A DNA stretch of 64,000 bases from Xylographa opegraphella (Eukaryota). Positions within the stretch are counted from its first letter, which is position 1. Each line of letters starts with the position of its first letter. Location of the stretch: NCBI GenBank assembly GCA_022813865.1, contig JALDZX010000014.1:310001-374000 (forward strand), read 5' to 3'. Of this stretch, positions 50,239-61,527 are shown piece after piece. The notes under the pieces are model-generated. The model was given only the letters and a program-made list of their open reading frames with translations. It did not search any database and was not told the origin of the DNA. The translations under genes and the position numbers were made by a program.

Positions 50239-52516
50239 TCAAAGTGCGGTCAATTCGGCGATTCGCCGCTCAATCTCCGGAACAGCCCTCAGTTGCAGCT
50301 CCAGCTCCTCCTTCTCACTGCCGACCGGTCAGTATTCGGCAACCAGCGTACGCCACCGTTGACGGCACGAAGGGACTTACTCCTCTAACTTCATTCTCCT
50401 CTCGGCGTCGAGCCGAGTGAAAATGTACCCGCCTTGCCCGTCAAACTGAAGGATATGTCCGTGGTACTTCCACAGGCTGCGTCGATGGCTCACCGTCATC
50501 AACGTGATGCCCAACGCTTTCGCATTCTCGTACATCGCCTTCTCCATCTCCACCGTCACCGAGCTCGTGCATTCATCCAGGATCGCATACTTTGGTGCAT
50601 GGTAGAATAAACGGGCCATGGCGACCCGTTGCTGCAGACCTCCCGACAGCACATCCCGCCACTCCTCTTCCGCATCCCACCCTCCGACACGGTCCACAAT
50701 GTGTTCGATCTCGACCGTGCCGAGCATGCGTAAGAGATCCGCGTCGGAAACACCTTTGTCACGCATTTCACGGAGGGAGTCGGGGTAGATGATCTGCTGC
50801 CGCAAACTCCCGCACGAGAGGTAGGGTCGTTGGGGTATGTAGAAGATGTCCGTGAACGGTGGTTTTCGAACCGTACCACCGTAGATGGGCCATAAGCCCC
50901 CGAGAATCCGGAAGAGCGAAGACTTCCCGCATCCATTGGGACCCACGATCAGAAGATGCTCCCCGGGCCGTATCGTGAAGTTCAGTTTGCGTATCAAAAC
51001 ATCGCCGTTGGGGGAGACGATGGGCACATCGACGAACTCGATGTCGGGACTCTCCACGACTTGACCTCGTCCCTGGAGGATTGCAGCATTCTCGTCTGTG
51101 CCAGCAGATGAGACCAGCTTCTTCTCGAAATGCCCGGCTTGAACATCATCCATGACGTCGAGAAGCGTCGACACCCGGGCGGTATAGCCTGCAAGCTCGG
51201 TGATTTCTTTGTAGCTGAACATGACGCGACCAAATGCGTCCGAGGAGGAAAGTAGCATTCTTCGGTTTGTCACAAAACTTTCTGTCCGGTCGCCCATGCC
51301 ACGCAAGGTCTGCCCGGGGATTTTGAAGAACACGGGAACACTGCATAGCATGAGTCCGAGCGCCCCCCAAAAGTATTTGATGACAAAGTCTTCCATGAGG
51401 GCATGGTAAAATCTCCTTCTCAAAATACGGTTCACATGCTTGATAAGTGTGAAATACCCCTTGTCCAGTGTATCCTTCTCTGCCTCGTGCCCATGATAAA
51501 GTGCGATCTCTTCACTGTAATCAATCAGTCTCGAGTGCTGGAACCGAAATTCACCCTCTAGACGAGCCTCCTCGGCCACATATTTGCCGAAGGGAGGTGT
51601 CAGAACACGCATAACATTCGCAGAGACCTGAACGAGTAGGCTCATCATGAAAAGACCCTCGCCACCCACCGATCGAGATAGCGAGTAGTTGTAGATAATC
51701 ATATCTAAAATTGGCTTGGCCAGATTTGAGTATATCTCTGCCAGACTATTCGAGAACCGGGAGACATCCACTGTAATCAATTGATCGGCATTCATTATTC
51801 GATCATCCAAGGTGGAGAGACTATAGAATGTCATGTTTGCAAGATATTTATTATGGATGTGGTTTGTCAGGCGTGATCGGTATTGCAAAGCGAGCTTGCA
51901 TTGATGGTATGATAGCTATATTTATCATTGCTCAATTAGTCAGGATAAAGGTGCATTTCTCATGGAAAACAAAATGGTCAGGGCGAGCCTGACTTACCAT
52001 CGAATTTGTGAAAGTGGCCGGTATAGCTACCACCATCCACCATACAATGCCTAGCAGAAACTCTTTCCCCTTACCGCGCACTAAGCTACTCACTACCTTA
52101 CCATCAAGCTCGGCGACATAGAGACTGATGAGTGTGCGAATAACTAGGAAGAAACTATGTGTAAGGAGTAGTCTAAGCTCTTTGCTCCTCCACCCGGGTA
52201 TCACAATCTTCAGGAGCCTCAGCAAATTCTGGAAGAATTCCCGATTCAGCTCAACCCGTTTCCTGTTGGTGGCTTCACCCTCCGTGGAAGTGGTACCAGC
52301 GTTTTGTCTGACTTGCGCCTGGTGCAGCGAGGCTGCCTTCTGTTCGTGGATGGCATTGCGAATTCGATTAATAAGGGCAACAAAGAGGGTGATGTAAACG
52401 GCGCGAGAAATGTTCGTCCGGTGCTTGAGGTAGATATCTGTCAGGGCGGAAACGAGTTCTTTAATGGACTTTTCGGACACGGGCAGAGGTAGTACAATTT
52501 TGGAGTGGACTGCCAT
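50239..52516 (-). CDS. Peroxisomal ABCD half-transporter for long-chain fatty acids (Pxa2-like)
   Basis: EAA-like SEEIALYHG, Walker [27 protein letters not shown]; introns ~51916-51997 and 50318-50380. Confidence 0.93.
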
Positions 52517-53155
52517 AACTTCATGCGCAACATGGCTGATATCAATCAATAGGAGGGCTTTCACAGACTGTTAGAACAGAGTTCATTTGTTGAAATGGTG
52601 GTAGTTAATAGCTTCAGGGACGAATGCAACTGCAGGTCGGATGGTTGCAAGTTCTGCCATGTGTTTTGCATGTGAAGCCGGCCGCGGTTTAATGCGGAGT
52701 TAGCATATGCACAAAACCGTGCATGCGCTGTGCCAAGGCCGATCTATGTCATCGGTCTTACGGAGTATAGAATCGCCGATTGCACCTCCTCACAACCAAC
52801 CGGTTCCTATAATTGAATCGTTCTTAAAACTGGTGGGAGATACCATCATGCAACAACAGCTACCATGTCTTCGATATCTGTAAGCCGTACTGACGTCTTG
52901 CATACTTACTCTGCATGGTCTGCCACGACGCATTTCTAGTGAGCACTGGGCATAAGTAGAGACCTCTTAGCGAATCATGCCGGAAGCTCGCTGTCTTGAC
53001 TAAATTTATATCATTATTCTGCATTTATCCTTGGCAAAGTCTTGACAATTCTTTGTGCGACGTCTGTGTAATATAGCTGCTATACACCTCGTGCCCACTT
53101 TCTGAGAAACCCAATTCCAGCCTACTTCGATTTTATCCATGATAATACAGAGAAT

Positions 53156-53953
53156 ATGAGGAGCAACGATCGGGTTGGTGACGAGAGTGGGTACTTTGAT
53201 ACTTTGTCCAGCAATGCCATCGATACAGCCCTTGCGAGTGGTGTTACTGGCATGGAAGGCCTCGACATTCAAGCTTGGCTAAATTCCAGTCAACCTGAAG
53301 ACCACGATTTGCGCGTCTTGGATCGTCAATGGGCAAAGATCTTTGCGAAGAGCTCCATGTATGCGGTCGCCAGTCCGAAATCTAACCTTACAGTATACGA
53401 ATTGCTCGTCCAGTCTTAAGAGATGACGCGGGTCGTTGCCCTTATCAAGAAACAACCCGAACTTGTCTCTGCGCTCAGTGATACTGAAAGGAATCACACA
53501 ATATGGGCACCTACAGATGTCGCTTTCTCGAAAATGACTGAGAAAGCAAAGGAATTGTCGCGTGACACTCTTCGTCATATGATTCAGCTACTCATCACTC
53601 CGCATTTTATGCCCATGCGTCGGATTCTCGTCACTCCTAATGTACAGGTGATTCTATCTCCTGCGTCCTTGAATGGCACTCAGCGTCTCCGGTTGCGGCC
53701 CTTGTCAATAAGAATGAGCGTAAACGCCAGCGCTCGGATAACTGCCGGCAATGTCTTCGCGAGCAATGGTGTAGTTCATAGTATCGATGCGGTGGTACTC
53801 CCCTCTCCTTCTCTACTCGAAGTGGTGCAGTTATTACCATCAGCGCAGTTCAGTATGCTGCACCTCGCCATGACACAAACAGGGCTCGCAGAAGCATTCG
53901 GAGATACTTCCTCCATTACCGGATGCACTTTTTATTCTATCATTCGTGAATAG
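53156..53953 (+). pseudogene. Fasciclin (FAS1) domain gene, disrupted
   Basis: HTIWAPTDVAF and ASNGVVHSIDAVVLP FAS1 motifs; in-frame TAA at 53417-53419 splits two same-frame ORFs; second FAS1 repeat stops at CTFYSIIRE*. Confidence 0.6.
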
Positions 53954-54303
53954 CGCTTTATGGGCATAGCTGTACCAATAATACCGATATCTTTCAGAAA
54001 TGCTGAATGTGCACACAGTATGCCCGGTGGAAGCTGGAATTCTATGAGCAGGGCAACACAGTACACATAACACAGAGCAGGGACAACCACGAACACTGTC
54101 CGGGACCCATGATGGCAGCTACATTGTTACCAAAGTAGCTAGTAAAACATAAGCCCGAACATAATCCCTAGTATGTGCAAGAATATAGGTTGATAGATCG
54201 ATAAGCCAGCCAGCCAGACAGGTGGCACAGCTCCATCCGAAGACCCGCTCCCATCTCTCCCCCTCCTTCCCTTCCCTCTTCACTTCCCGCCCTCCGCGGC
54301 ACC

Positions 54304-55672
54304 TTAAAACTCCCCGGCGATACACTTCTGCACGAGCAAAGTATCTGTGCTCCCCGTCGGCGTCTCGCTCAGCACGTAGCTCGTCGCAAATCCGCCCGCG
54401 GCCCAGCCCTGCCAGCCGAGGTAGACGTCGGCGTTCGAGTTGAGGTAGCTCAGCTCGCTGCAGACGTACTGGACGCAGTCGGCGACGTTGCCGCCGCCCG
54501 TCTCGGTGAGGAAGGCCTTGCGGCCGTTAGAGCGGAGGTAGGAGGCCAGCGGGGTGAGGTTGTCGGAGACGTGGTCGGTGACGCAGTCGGCGTGGGTGCC
54601 GGAGCCGTCACTGTCGAGGTACTGGTGGATGTCATAGATGAGCTTGGACGTCGTGCCGTCGGCATCCTTGATGGTCGAGAGGGCAGGCGCCGAGTTGGCG
54701 ACGAAGCCGCCCGCCGCGGCGTAGTTGGTGCCGGGGAGCAAGATGAGCTGCGAGGTAGCGCCGGCGGCACGGATTGCGGACACGACGCCCTGCAGGGTGA
54801 CGGCCCACGTGGACATGGTGAGATCGTGGGGTTCGTTCATGGTGCCAAAGATGATGTTGGGCTGGTTGGCATACTTGGCCGCGAGCTGGCTCCAGACGGA
54901 GTTGAGCTGCGCGTTGGTGGGGCCGCCTTGGCCTACTATACCGCCGTTCCAGCGGGCATAATTGTGCAGGTCGACGATGCAATGGGCGCCGGTTGCGAGG
55001 CAGCCTTGCACGAGTTGGTTGTAGCTGGCGAAGAAGGTGGGATCCAGGGTACCGCCCAGAGTGTTGGCGACGAGGTATTGCCAGCCCACAGGTAACCTGT
55101 AGGGTGTCAGTATCGACAAAGCTAGAACCAGGAGTAGAACAGGGAAGTACCGGAAGCAAGTCAGCTTGTCATCGGTGACAAAGTGTTGCATTTGAGCTAC
55201 CCCTCCTGATGGAGGGCAACTTGTCGTGCCTGTGCAGTCGCCCTGCGAGGATTATGGTCAGTTTGCAGTTGCGTATATGAATCGAGATCCGTGTCATGCC
55301 ACTCACCGAAGTATCACAGCCAAAGTCGCACCCAGCGATATTGACACCTGCAAACTGCACTTTACCGCTACTAGGGGGCGTGGAGACTGCAGTTGTGGTT
55401 GCCTTAACGGTGGAGGCAACGAGAGTAGTGCTGACAGGCTTAGCAGTCGTGGTGGCCACAGAGGACTTGGCGGTGGTCGTTGCTGGAGCTGTACCAGGTG
55501 TGCATTGTGCATAATAGGCGTTCTGAGTAGAGCAGAACTGGCTTGCAGGACATAGAGTTGGTCCGGTGTAGCCAGAACCTGCACATTGTCCGTATGAGCT
55601 CTGTGTCTGAGCGTCGGCACTGAGCCCGATGAAGGCCACGATAAGGGCAAGGTTCTTCATGGTGAAAGGCAT
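54304..55672 (-). CDS. Secreted endo-1,4-beta-glucanase, CBM1-linker-GH5 (subfamily 5, Cel5A/EGII-like)
   Basis: Signal peptide; CBM1 QSSYGQCAGSGYTGPTLCPASQFCSTQNAYYAQC; T/S linker; GVNIAGCDFGC, RLPVGWQ, DLHNYARW, NEP, HQYLD, TETG; introns 55243-55306 and 55097-55150. Confidence 0.95.
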
Positions 55673-55785
55673 TGTGATCGTAAAGGGGTAACGAAGAAAA
55701 GCTCGAGATGGAACAGAGACCTGCTCGGATGGTGATGAAGTAAAGAGAAGCAAGAAACGAAGATGGGATTGCTGGAAGTCCCGAT

Positions 55786-55792
55786 CTTTATA
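55786..55792 (-). promoter_or_regulatory. TATA box of the endoglucanase gene
   Basis: TATAAAG ~115 bp upstream of the ATG, followed by a pyrimidine-rich leader. Confidence 0.5.
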
Positions 55793-57973
55793 GACAAAAG
55801 TCAAATGCACGGCAGTGGGGACGCAATAGTCATGACTCGGAACCCCCGAAAATGCACCAGGTGCACTATGGAGTGGAGGAGCAGAACGAAAGAAGGAAGG
55901 AAGGAAGGAGTTAGAGTGGCGCGTCCTTCATCTCGAGACGCGAGTGAGCTAGATGGTAGCAGAACATCTGCTCATGCTTGGCGGGCGAACTAGCTACGGC
56001 TCCCCGGATTGCGGGAGATCTCCCCGTTGAGCCATTTGATGTTTGGCGAATCGTTGGGCTTGCAGAGACCTTCAGAGACAGAGGATGCCGCCCACCAAGG
56101 ATCTGGTATCAAGCTGGAATTTGTCACGGAAGCCCGCAGACTGCAGCTGAGATGCTGGGAACGTGGCACAGGGAGCTTTCATGCCAGACACACGGAAAAA
56201 TGATCGACACGAATCTTTCGTCGATTGAAGACGGATGGTAATCTGCCGGGAAGCACAATGACCGTGAAGCCGTCTCTTGACTGCCTTGTCTGAGTATACC
56301 CGTCTGGTCATGGGGCCAACAGGGTCCCATCGACCGACTGGCAAAGACGGGCCGGTTCCATAGCTCGAACGAAACGACAGCCAGCCCGAGTGTTGTCGAC
56401 GATCCACGCTTGCCAGCAGATGGCCGGTGTACTATAGTCCTGCCCCACTCGTGCCCACGAGGGGATGTACTGTAATGGATGCAGTTGAAATTGCATCGAG
56501 GCAAATATAGTAATCGACCCGAGGTTTCCCAGCCAGTGCATCCTGGCGCACAGCCCGGCACTCATCAGCCAAGCCAGGCGAGTGAGCGAACACAACCGCC
56601 GATACTATGCCGGTAGTAGGGATGGGGTGGGTAAGTAGCAGTAAACAAAAGTGGGATGAGCAGAGTGCAATCGATGACGAGCGTCAAAGCGGACAGTTTA
56701 GGTAGTTTAGGCCCATCGAGCATCTCCAAAGCCTGGTAGATGTCGCGGCTGCACAAGGTGAAAGGAGTTTAGAAGGATTTCCAATAAAGTGGTACATCGC
56801 ACAGCTTAAGCAAGAAGTGGAAAAGCGGAGGAGGCCCAAGGAACACCGTCCAGCCAATGACGCATCATCACCTTCGAGAGCGATTCAGACAACGTGGTGG
56901 GCCAGACCCTGCAAAGTCAACAAAGTCAACCAAGATCTCGACAGGCCAGCGTTCTAGTCGGTAGTTCGTGACTCGTGAGAGGGCTCATGTCTGCTCTGGG
57001 CCTTTTGATTGCATCGCCGTCGACCTTCGCTTACGACGCGATGGGAGATTACCGAGGCGGGCCGAGCTTGGATCCGAAACCGTTCGATAAGATTGAAGGC
57101 ACGGAGGAGTGGAGCGGGCTGGGTGGGGGAACGGGGGCAGGGGGGAAGGCTTGCAGGAGATGCAAGGTAGAACAAAGGAATAAGAACAGCAATAGACACA
57201 GGATCATGGTGGAAACGAGCAGTAGTTGACGTTTCACGCTCTCGCTCTCGCTCTCGCAGATGTCACTCGTACATCTGCCACTCGGTTCGGCACATGCATC
57301 CTCCGCCCGAAGCCAGATCCGGCCCAATGAATGAGCATCTCCATTCCTTCCGCTGAAAAAGAAGAAGCAAAAGAACCACCTCATGTCCCGGGAGCATGTC
57401 GATCCACACGTTCTATGTAGGTACCTACCCCAGGCACCGTCCGTGATTTTTACTTTGGCTACCATGCTGGACCTTCGGACGCATCGTGCCTGTATCCGCC
57501 CACGCCGGTAACCGATGGGGGGTGCACAATTGGATCATCTTGGACCTTCCACGCAGATGACGATGGAGATGGAGATGGGGACGGAGATGGACGGTTGCGT
57601 GGGGCCTGCAGATTTCATGGTCGTGCAGCTGCGATATCTACCTAATCCCACCCAACCTCTCTTGCATCGTGCGTCGTGGCCGAGCTGCATTGAAAGGGTA
57701 TCATAGTCTTTGACGCAGCTGGTGCTAGCACATGCTCTGTTTCCGGGGAACTTCCTTGATGAAATTCGAGGGCCAGACCTGAATGTGGAAGTTGTGCATC
57801 TCGACACCTGATCCAATGACCATTGGGTTTATGAATTCTATATACACATGGCTTGCTCCTCGCCCACCCTGGCGGGAGTCAAGCGGCAATGGACGGAGGC
57901 CCCCAATGCTTTTGATATCTGATGGTACATGTCTAAAATGCAGATACGGCGCCAAGGTATCACGTCCAGGCCA

Positions 57974-60331
57974 TTAAACTACCGCCGGTCAGCATTTCCA
58001 TGGCGCAGCTGGTCAGAACATGGAGGGGGAAGAGCAAACTCACATCGCAGATCCCAGCCTATCTGTGGTCCCAGCTTCGGTAGTTCGTCTGCCACACTCT
58101 GCACGTCCTTGTCTCCTCTGCCGCTAACACAGATCACCACATCCTCGTCCTTGGTCATGGTCTTGGCCAGCTCCAACGCACCCCAGACGGCATGCGCCGT
58201 CTCGAGCGCCGGGATGATACCCTCCAGCTGACAGATGAGTCGGAAGCCTTTGAACGCCTCCGCATCCGTGGCGGCGATGAACTTCGCTCGCTCGTTGTCT
58301 TTCCAAGAGCTAAGCTCCGGTCCCACCCCAGGGTAGTCGAGGCCAGCGGATACGGAGTGTGTCTCCGAGATCTGCCCATGCTTGTTCTGAAGCACGTATG
58401 TCCGGACGCCGTGCAAGACACCTTTAGTACCACCACTCAACGTTGCACTGTGTCGATCCGTGTCCAGCCCATCCCCACCAGCTTCCACTCCAAGCAGCTT
58501 GACACTCGGGTCCTTGGAGAAAGGGTAAAACATGCCCACGGCATTGCTGCCACCACCAACGCACGCAACAACGGCATCTGGGAGTTTCCCCCTCAGCTCC
58601 AGCATCTGCTCTCTCGTTTCAGTTCCGATGACCGACTGGAAGGTGCGCACGATCGTAGGAAATGGATGTGGACCGATTGCAGAACCGATGATGTAGTGCG
58701 TCGTGGACAGATCAACCACCCAGGCACGCATCGCCTCGTTGACAGCGTCCCGTAATGTACGGGCTCCCGCTTCCACCGCAACTACCTTCGCTCCCAAAAG
58801 CTTTATTCGAAAGACGTTCAACGCCTGTCGTCTGACATCTTCGGCGCCCATATAGATGGTACATTTCATACCAAACTTAGCGCATACCGTCGCCGTTGCG
58901 ACACCGTGCTGTCCGGCACCGGTTTCCGCAATTATTTCGGTCTTCCCAAGTCTCCTGGCAAGCAAGATCTGGCCGAGCGCATTGTTTATCTTGTGACTTC
59001 CGGTATGGTTGAGATCTTCGCGCTTCAACCAGATATTGGCACCTCCGGCATGTTCCGTGAGCCGTTCCGCCCTGTGAAGTTGACCTGGTCGTCCCATATA
59101 CGGATAGTGGCTCCGGTATTCCTCCCAGAACCTTGGATCGTCTTTGGCTTGATTAAAACCTCTTTCGAGTTCGGCGAGACAGTCCATAAGAGATTCTGGT
59201 ACGTACTGACCGCCAAACTCACCGAAGCGCGACGGTACCGCGGCCGGGTCAGCATCGCCATCCATGTTCAGTGCCTCAATCTGATCTGCAAGTCCCAGTC
59301 CCTCGCCGTTTTGACCGTCTTTGATGACCTCATCGACATGGACGCCATTGCCATTGGGCTCTTTCGCGGCATCCATTGTTTCGACAAAACCAACCTCTCT
59401 TGCAACTCCGTTTGTGCCATTATGAGCTCCAGGACTTCTGCCTGTTATCTCCGAGCAGTATTGTTCGACTGCCTTTGCTCCCTGACCAGCAGGTGCGTTG
59501 GCTAATCTGTTTATAATCTCACTTCCAATGACGACACCCTCCGCAATACTACCAACACTCAGAAAGTGATCCCTGGTGCTCACGCCAAAGCCAACAGCTG
59601 CAGGTATGTTGTTCGAATATCTATGAACCCGGTCGAGGAGTTCTGGCAGAGCAGCATTCAATGTTCCTGTAGCACCAGTAACTCCCATTCGTGAGACTAC
59701 ATATATGAATGAATCTGCGATCTTGCAAAGCAGTTTCATACGGGGTTCAGACGTGGCAGGGGCAATTAGGGGAATATAAGAGAGGCTAGAATTACAATTG
59801 TCAGCAACCCTTCGTGATTGACGATAAAAAAACCCAACATACCCTCCCTTGGTACAGAAGTTTCTAAACCTGACGGCTTCTTCCGGTGGTAGATCCACCA
59901 CAATAAAGCCGTTGACTCCTGCTTCTTTCGCATCTTTTAAAATTCTTTCCTCGCCGTAACTGAGCAATGGGTTATAATAGCCCATGAATAGCACTGGAGC
60001 ATGTAAGCCTCGTCTCCTGGCTTCTCTTACTATGTCGAGGGTTGAGGTGACGGTGACGCCGTTCTTGAGTGCTTGGGTATTTGCCTTCTGGATCGTTGGA
60101 CCATCTGCGATTGGATCGGTGAAGGGTAATCCGAGTTCTATGAGGTCTTCGAACGGGTCAGCACATGGACAGTGTAAGATCAGAAGGCGACGGACCAGCT
60201 CCACCGGCTTCCATCCCCAGCAGGATTTCCACCGTCTCTTCTGGAGTGGGAAAGCCAGCGGTGACATAGGTGACCAGCGCTGAACGTTTCTCTTTCTTGC
60301 ATTGCGCAAACGTGCTCTTGATAGCTTCCAT
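57974..60331 (-). CDS. TRP5: Tryptophan synthase (fused alpha-beta)
   Basis: [51 protein letters not shown] (PLP Lys), SGRGDKD; introns ~60147-60195, 59786-59842 and ~57979-58042. Confidence 0.97.
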
Positions 60332-60414
60332 GGTATCAATTTAGAATCTGCAGGAATATCTGAAAGTCCGCAGAAGACAATGGTACATGTATTGCAAACT
60401 GGCTTTGTTGATAT

Positions 60415-60421
60415 TGAGTCA
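60415..60421. promoter_or_regulatory. Gcn4/CpcA response element upstream of TRP5
   Basis: Perfect TGAGTCA 84 bp upstream of the TRP5 ATG. Confidence 0.6.
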
Positions 60422-60716
60422 TCGATAGCGAATAAATATTCGAGTAGTGCTACGGTAGGATTTTGCCCCTCGGCCCCGCTGCCGGAACCCATTTTGGTTC
60501 TCCCGGAGAGAATCAGTCTAGGTAAGGTAATTGTGGAGTAAATCTGTGGATCATCGTAATTTTCGAGTCTCAGCTATATGGACATAATAGAGGCTCTGCT
60601 GTACTGATAAAGTGCTACTCTGGTAACTTGCTCGTTGTATACGCCGTATCAATGCAACCGCCCTCAACGCCGCCCTTATGCAATGCCGTCCCGTGTTCAT
60701 ACGAGTAGAATCCCGC

Positions 60717-61214
60717 TCAAAAATCCGTCACCCTGCCATTGTAGCTCCAATCCACATTTCCGCCCCATCGAAGAGGCTCGTTCTTTGGACCACCGATCTC
60801 TCCTGTCTTCGGATTTCTCTCGCCCTCGAATTCTGGCTGCACGCCTCTGCGGATGTCAGGGTGAAGTTCTTCGCCATCTCCGGTAGCCTTGACTCGGGCG
60901 TCAACAGCCGCAAGATCTCTATCACTTGGTACCGTCGATTTACTGTTGGTATTCGGTGACTGGTTAATTTGTGGTTTTGATTGCGCTGGCGTCACGACAG
61001 CAGGAGATTGATTAACAACGACGATGGGTTTTGGCGTACTGAAGGCACCAGTGGAGGATCTTTGTAGTTGCTCGTACAATTTTTGTTCGTTTTCTGGAAG
61101 GCGCGGTGGTGCAGGACCCGCACCGAATGGTGATTGTGCACGATGACGAGCGGTGGTAGAAAGAAGCCTGTGAATGGAAGCGGTGGATGTTGGCGCTCGG
61201 CCGAGGGACTTCAT
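60717..61214 (-). CDS. SDH8: Succinate dehydrogenase assembly factor 4 (SDHAF4/DUF1674)
   Basis: Mitochondrial-type presequence; C-terminal NPKTGEIGGPKNEPLRWG..DWSYNGRVTDF. Confidence 0.9.
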   Translation of the reverse strand: MKSLGRAPTSTASIHRLLSTTARHRAQSPFGAGPAPPRLPENEQKLYEQLQRSSTGAFSTPKPIVVVNQSPAVVTPAQSKPQINQSPNTNSKSTVPSDRDLAAVDARVKATGDGEELHPDIRRGVQPEFEGERNPKTGEIGGPKNEPLRWGGNVDWSYNGRVTDF

Positions 61215-61527
61215 TTTGTAGTTACGATTGAAGTTCGTTGAGGTATGTTATCTCTGAAGATGAAGCTGAACGAAAGGATATTCCGAGGCGAATTGTAAAA
61301 TCGATGTATGAACGCATATCCGTAGCGTCAAACATCCCTGCCAACTGCTGTGGTACGCCGGCCGATAGCGGCCGAAGAGCTTATCGATAACGAAATTCTC
61401 AGTCCTGATGACCGCCTCGGTTAAAGTTAAACCTCTCAATTTACGCAGTGCTCTTGATTTCTTCATAATTTCTTCTTCCTAACAATTTCACGACAGCACG
61501 CAACTTATGGTGTTTAACCTCCACACA

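Noticed and set aside
50170..50241. TGA-CTG stop context of the ABCD gene suggesting readthrough to a cryptic PTS1
   Set aside because: The extension ends in -DAD, not a PTS1, and the protein is a membrane protein.
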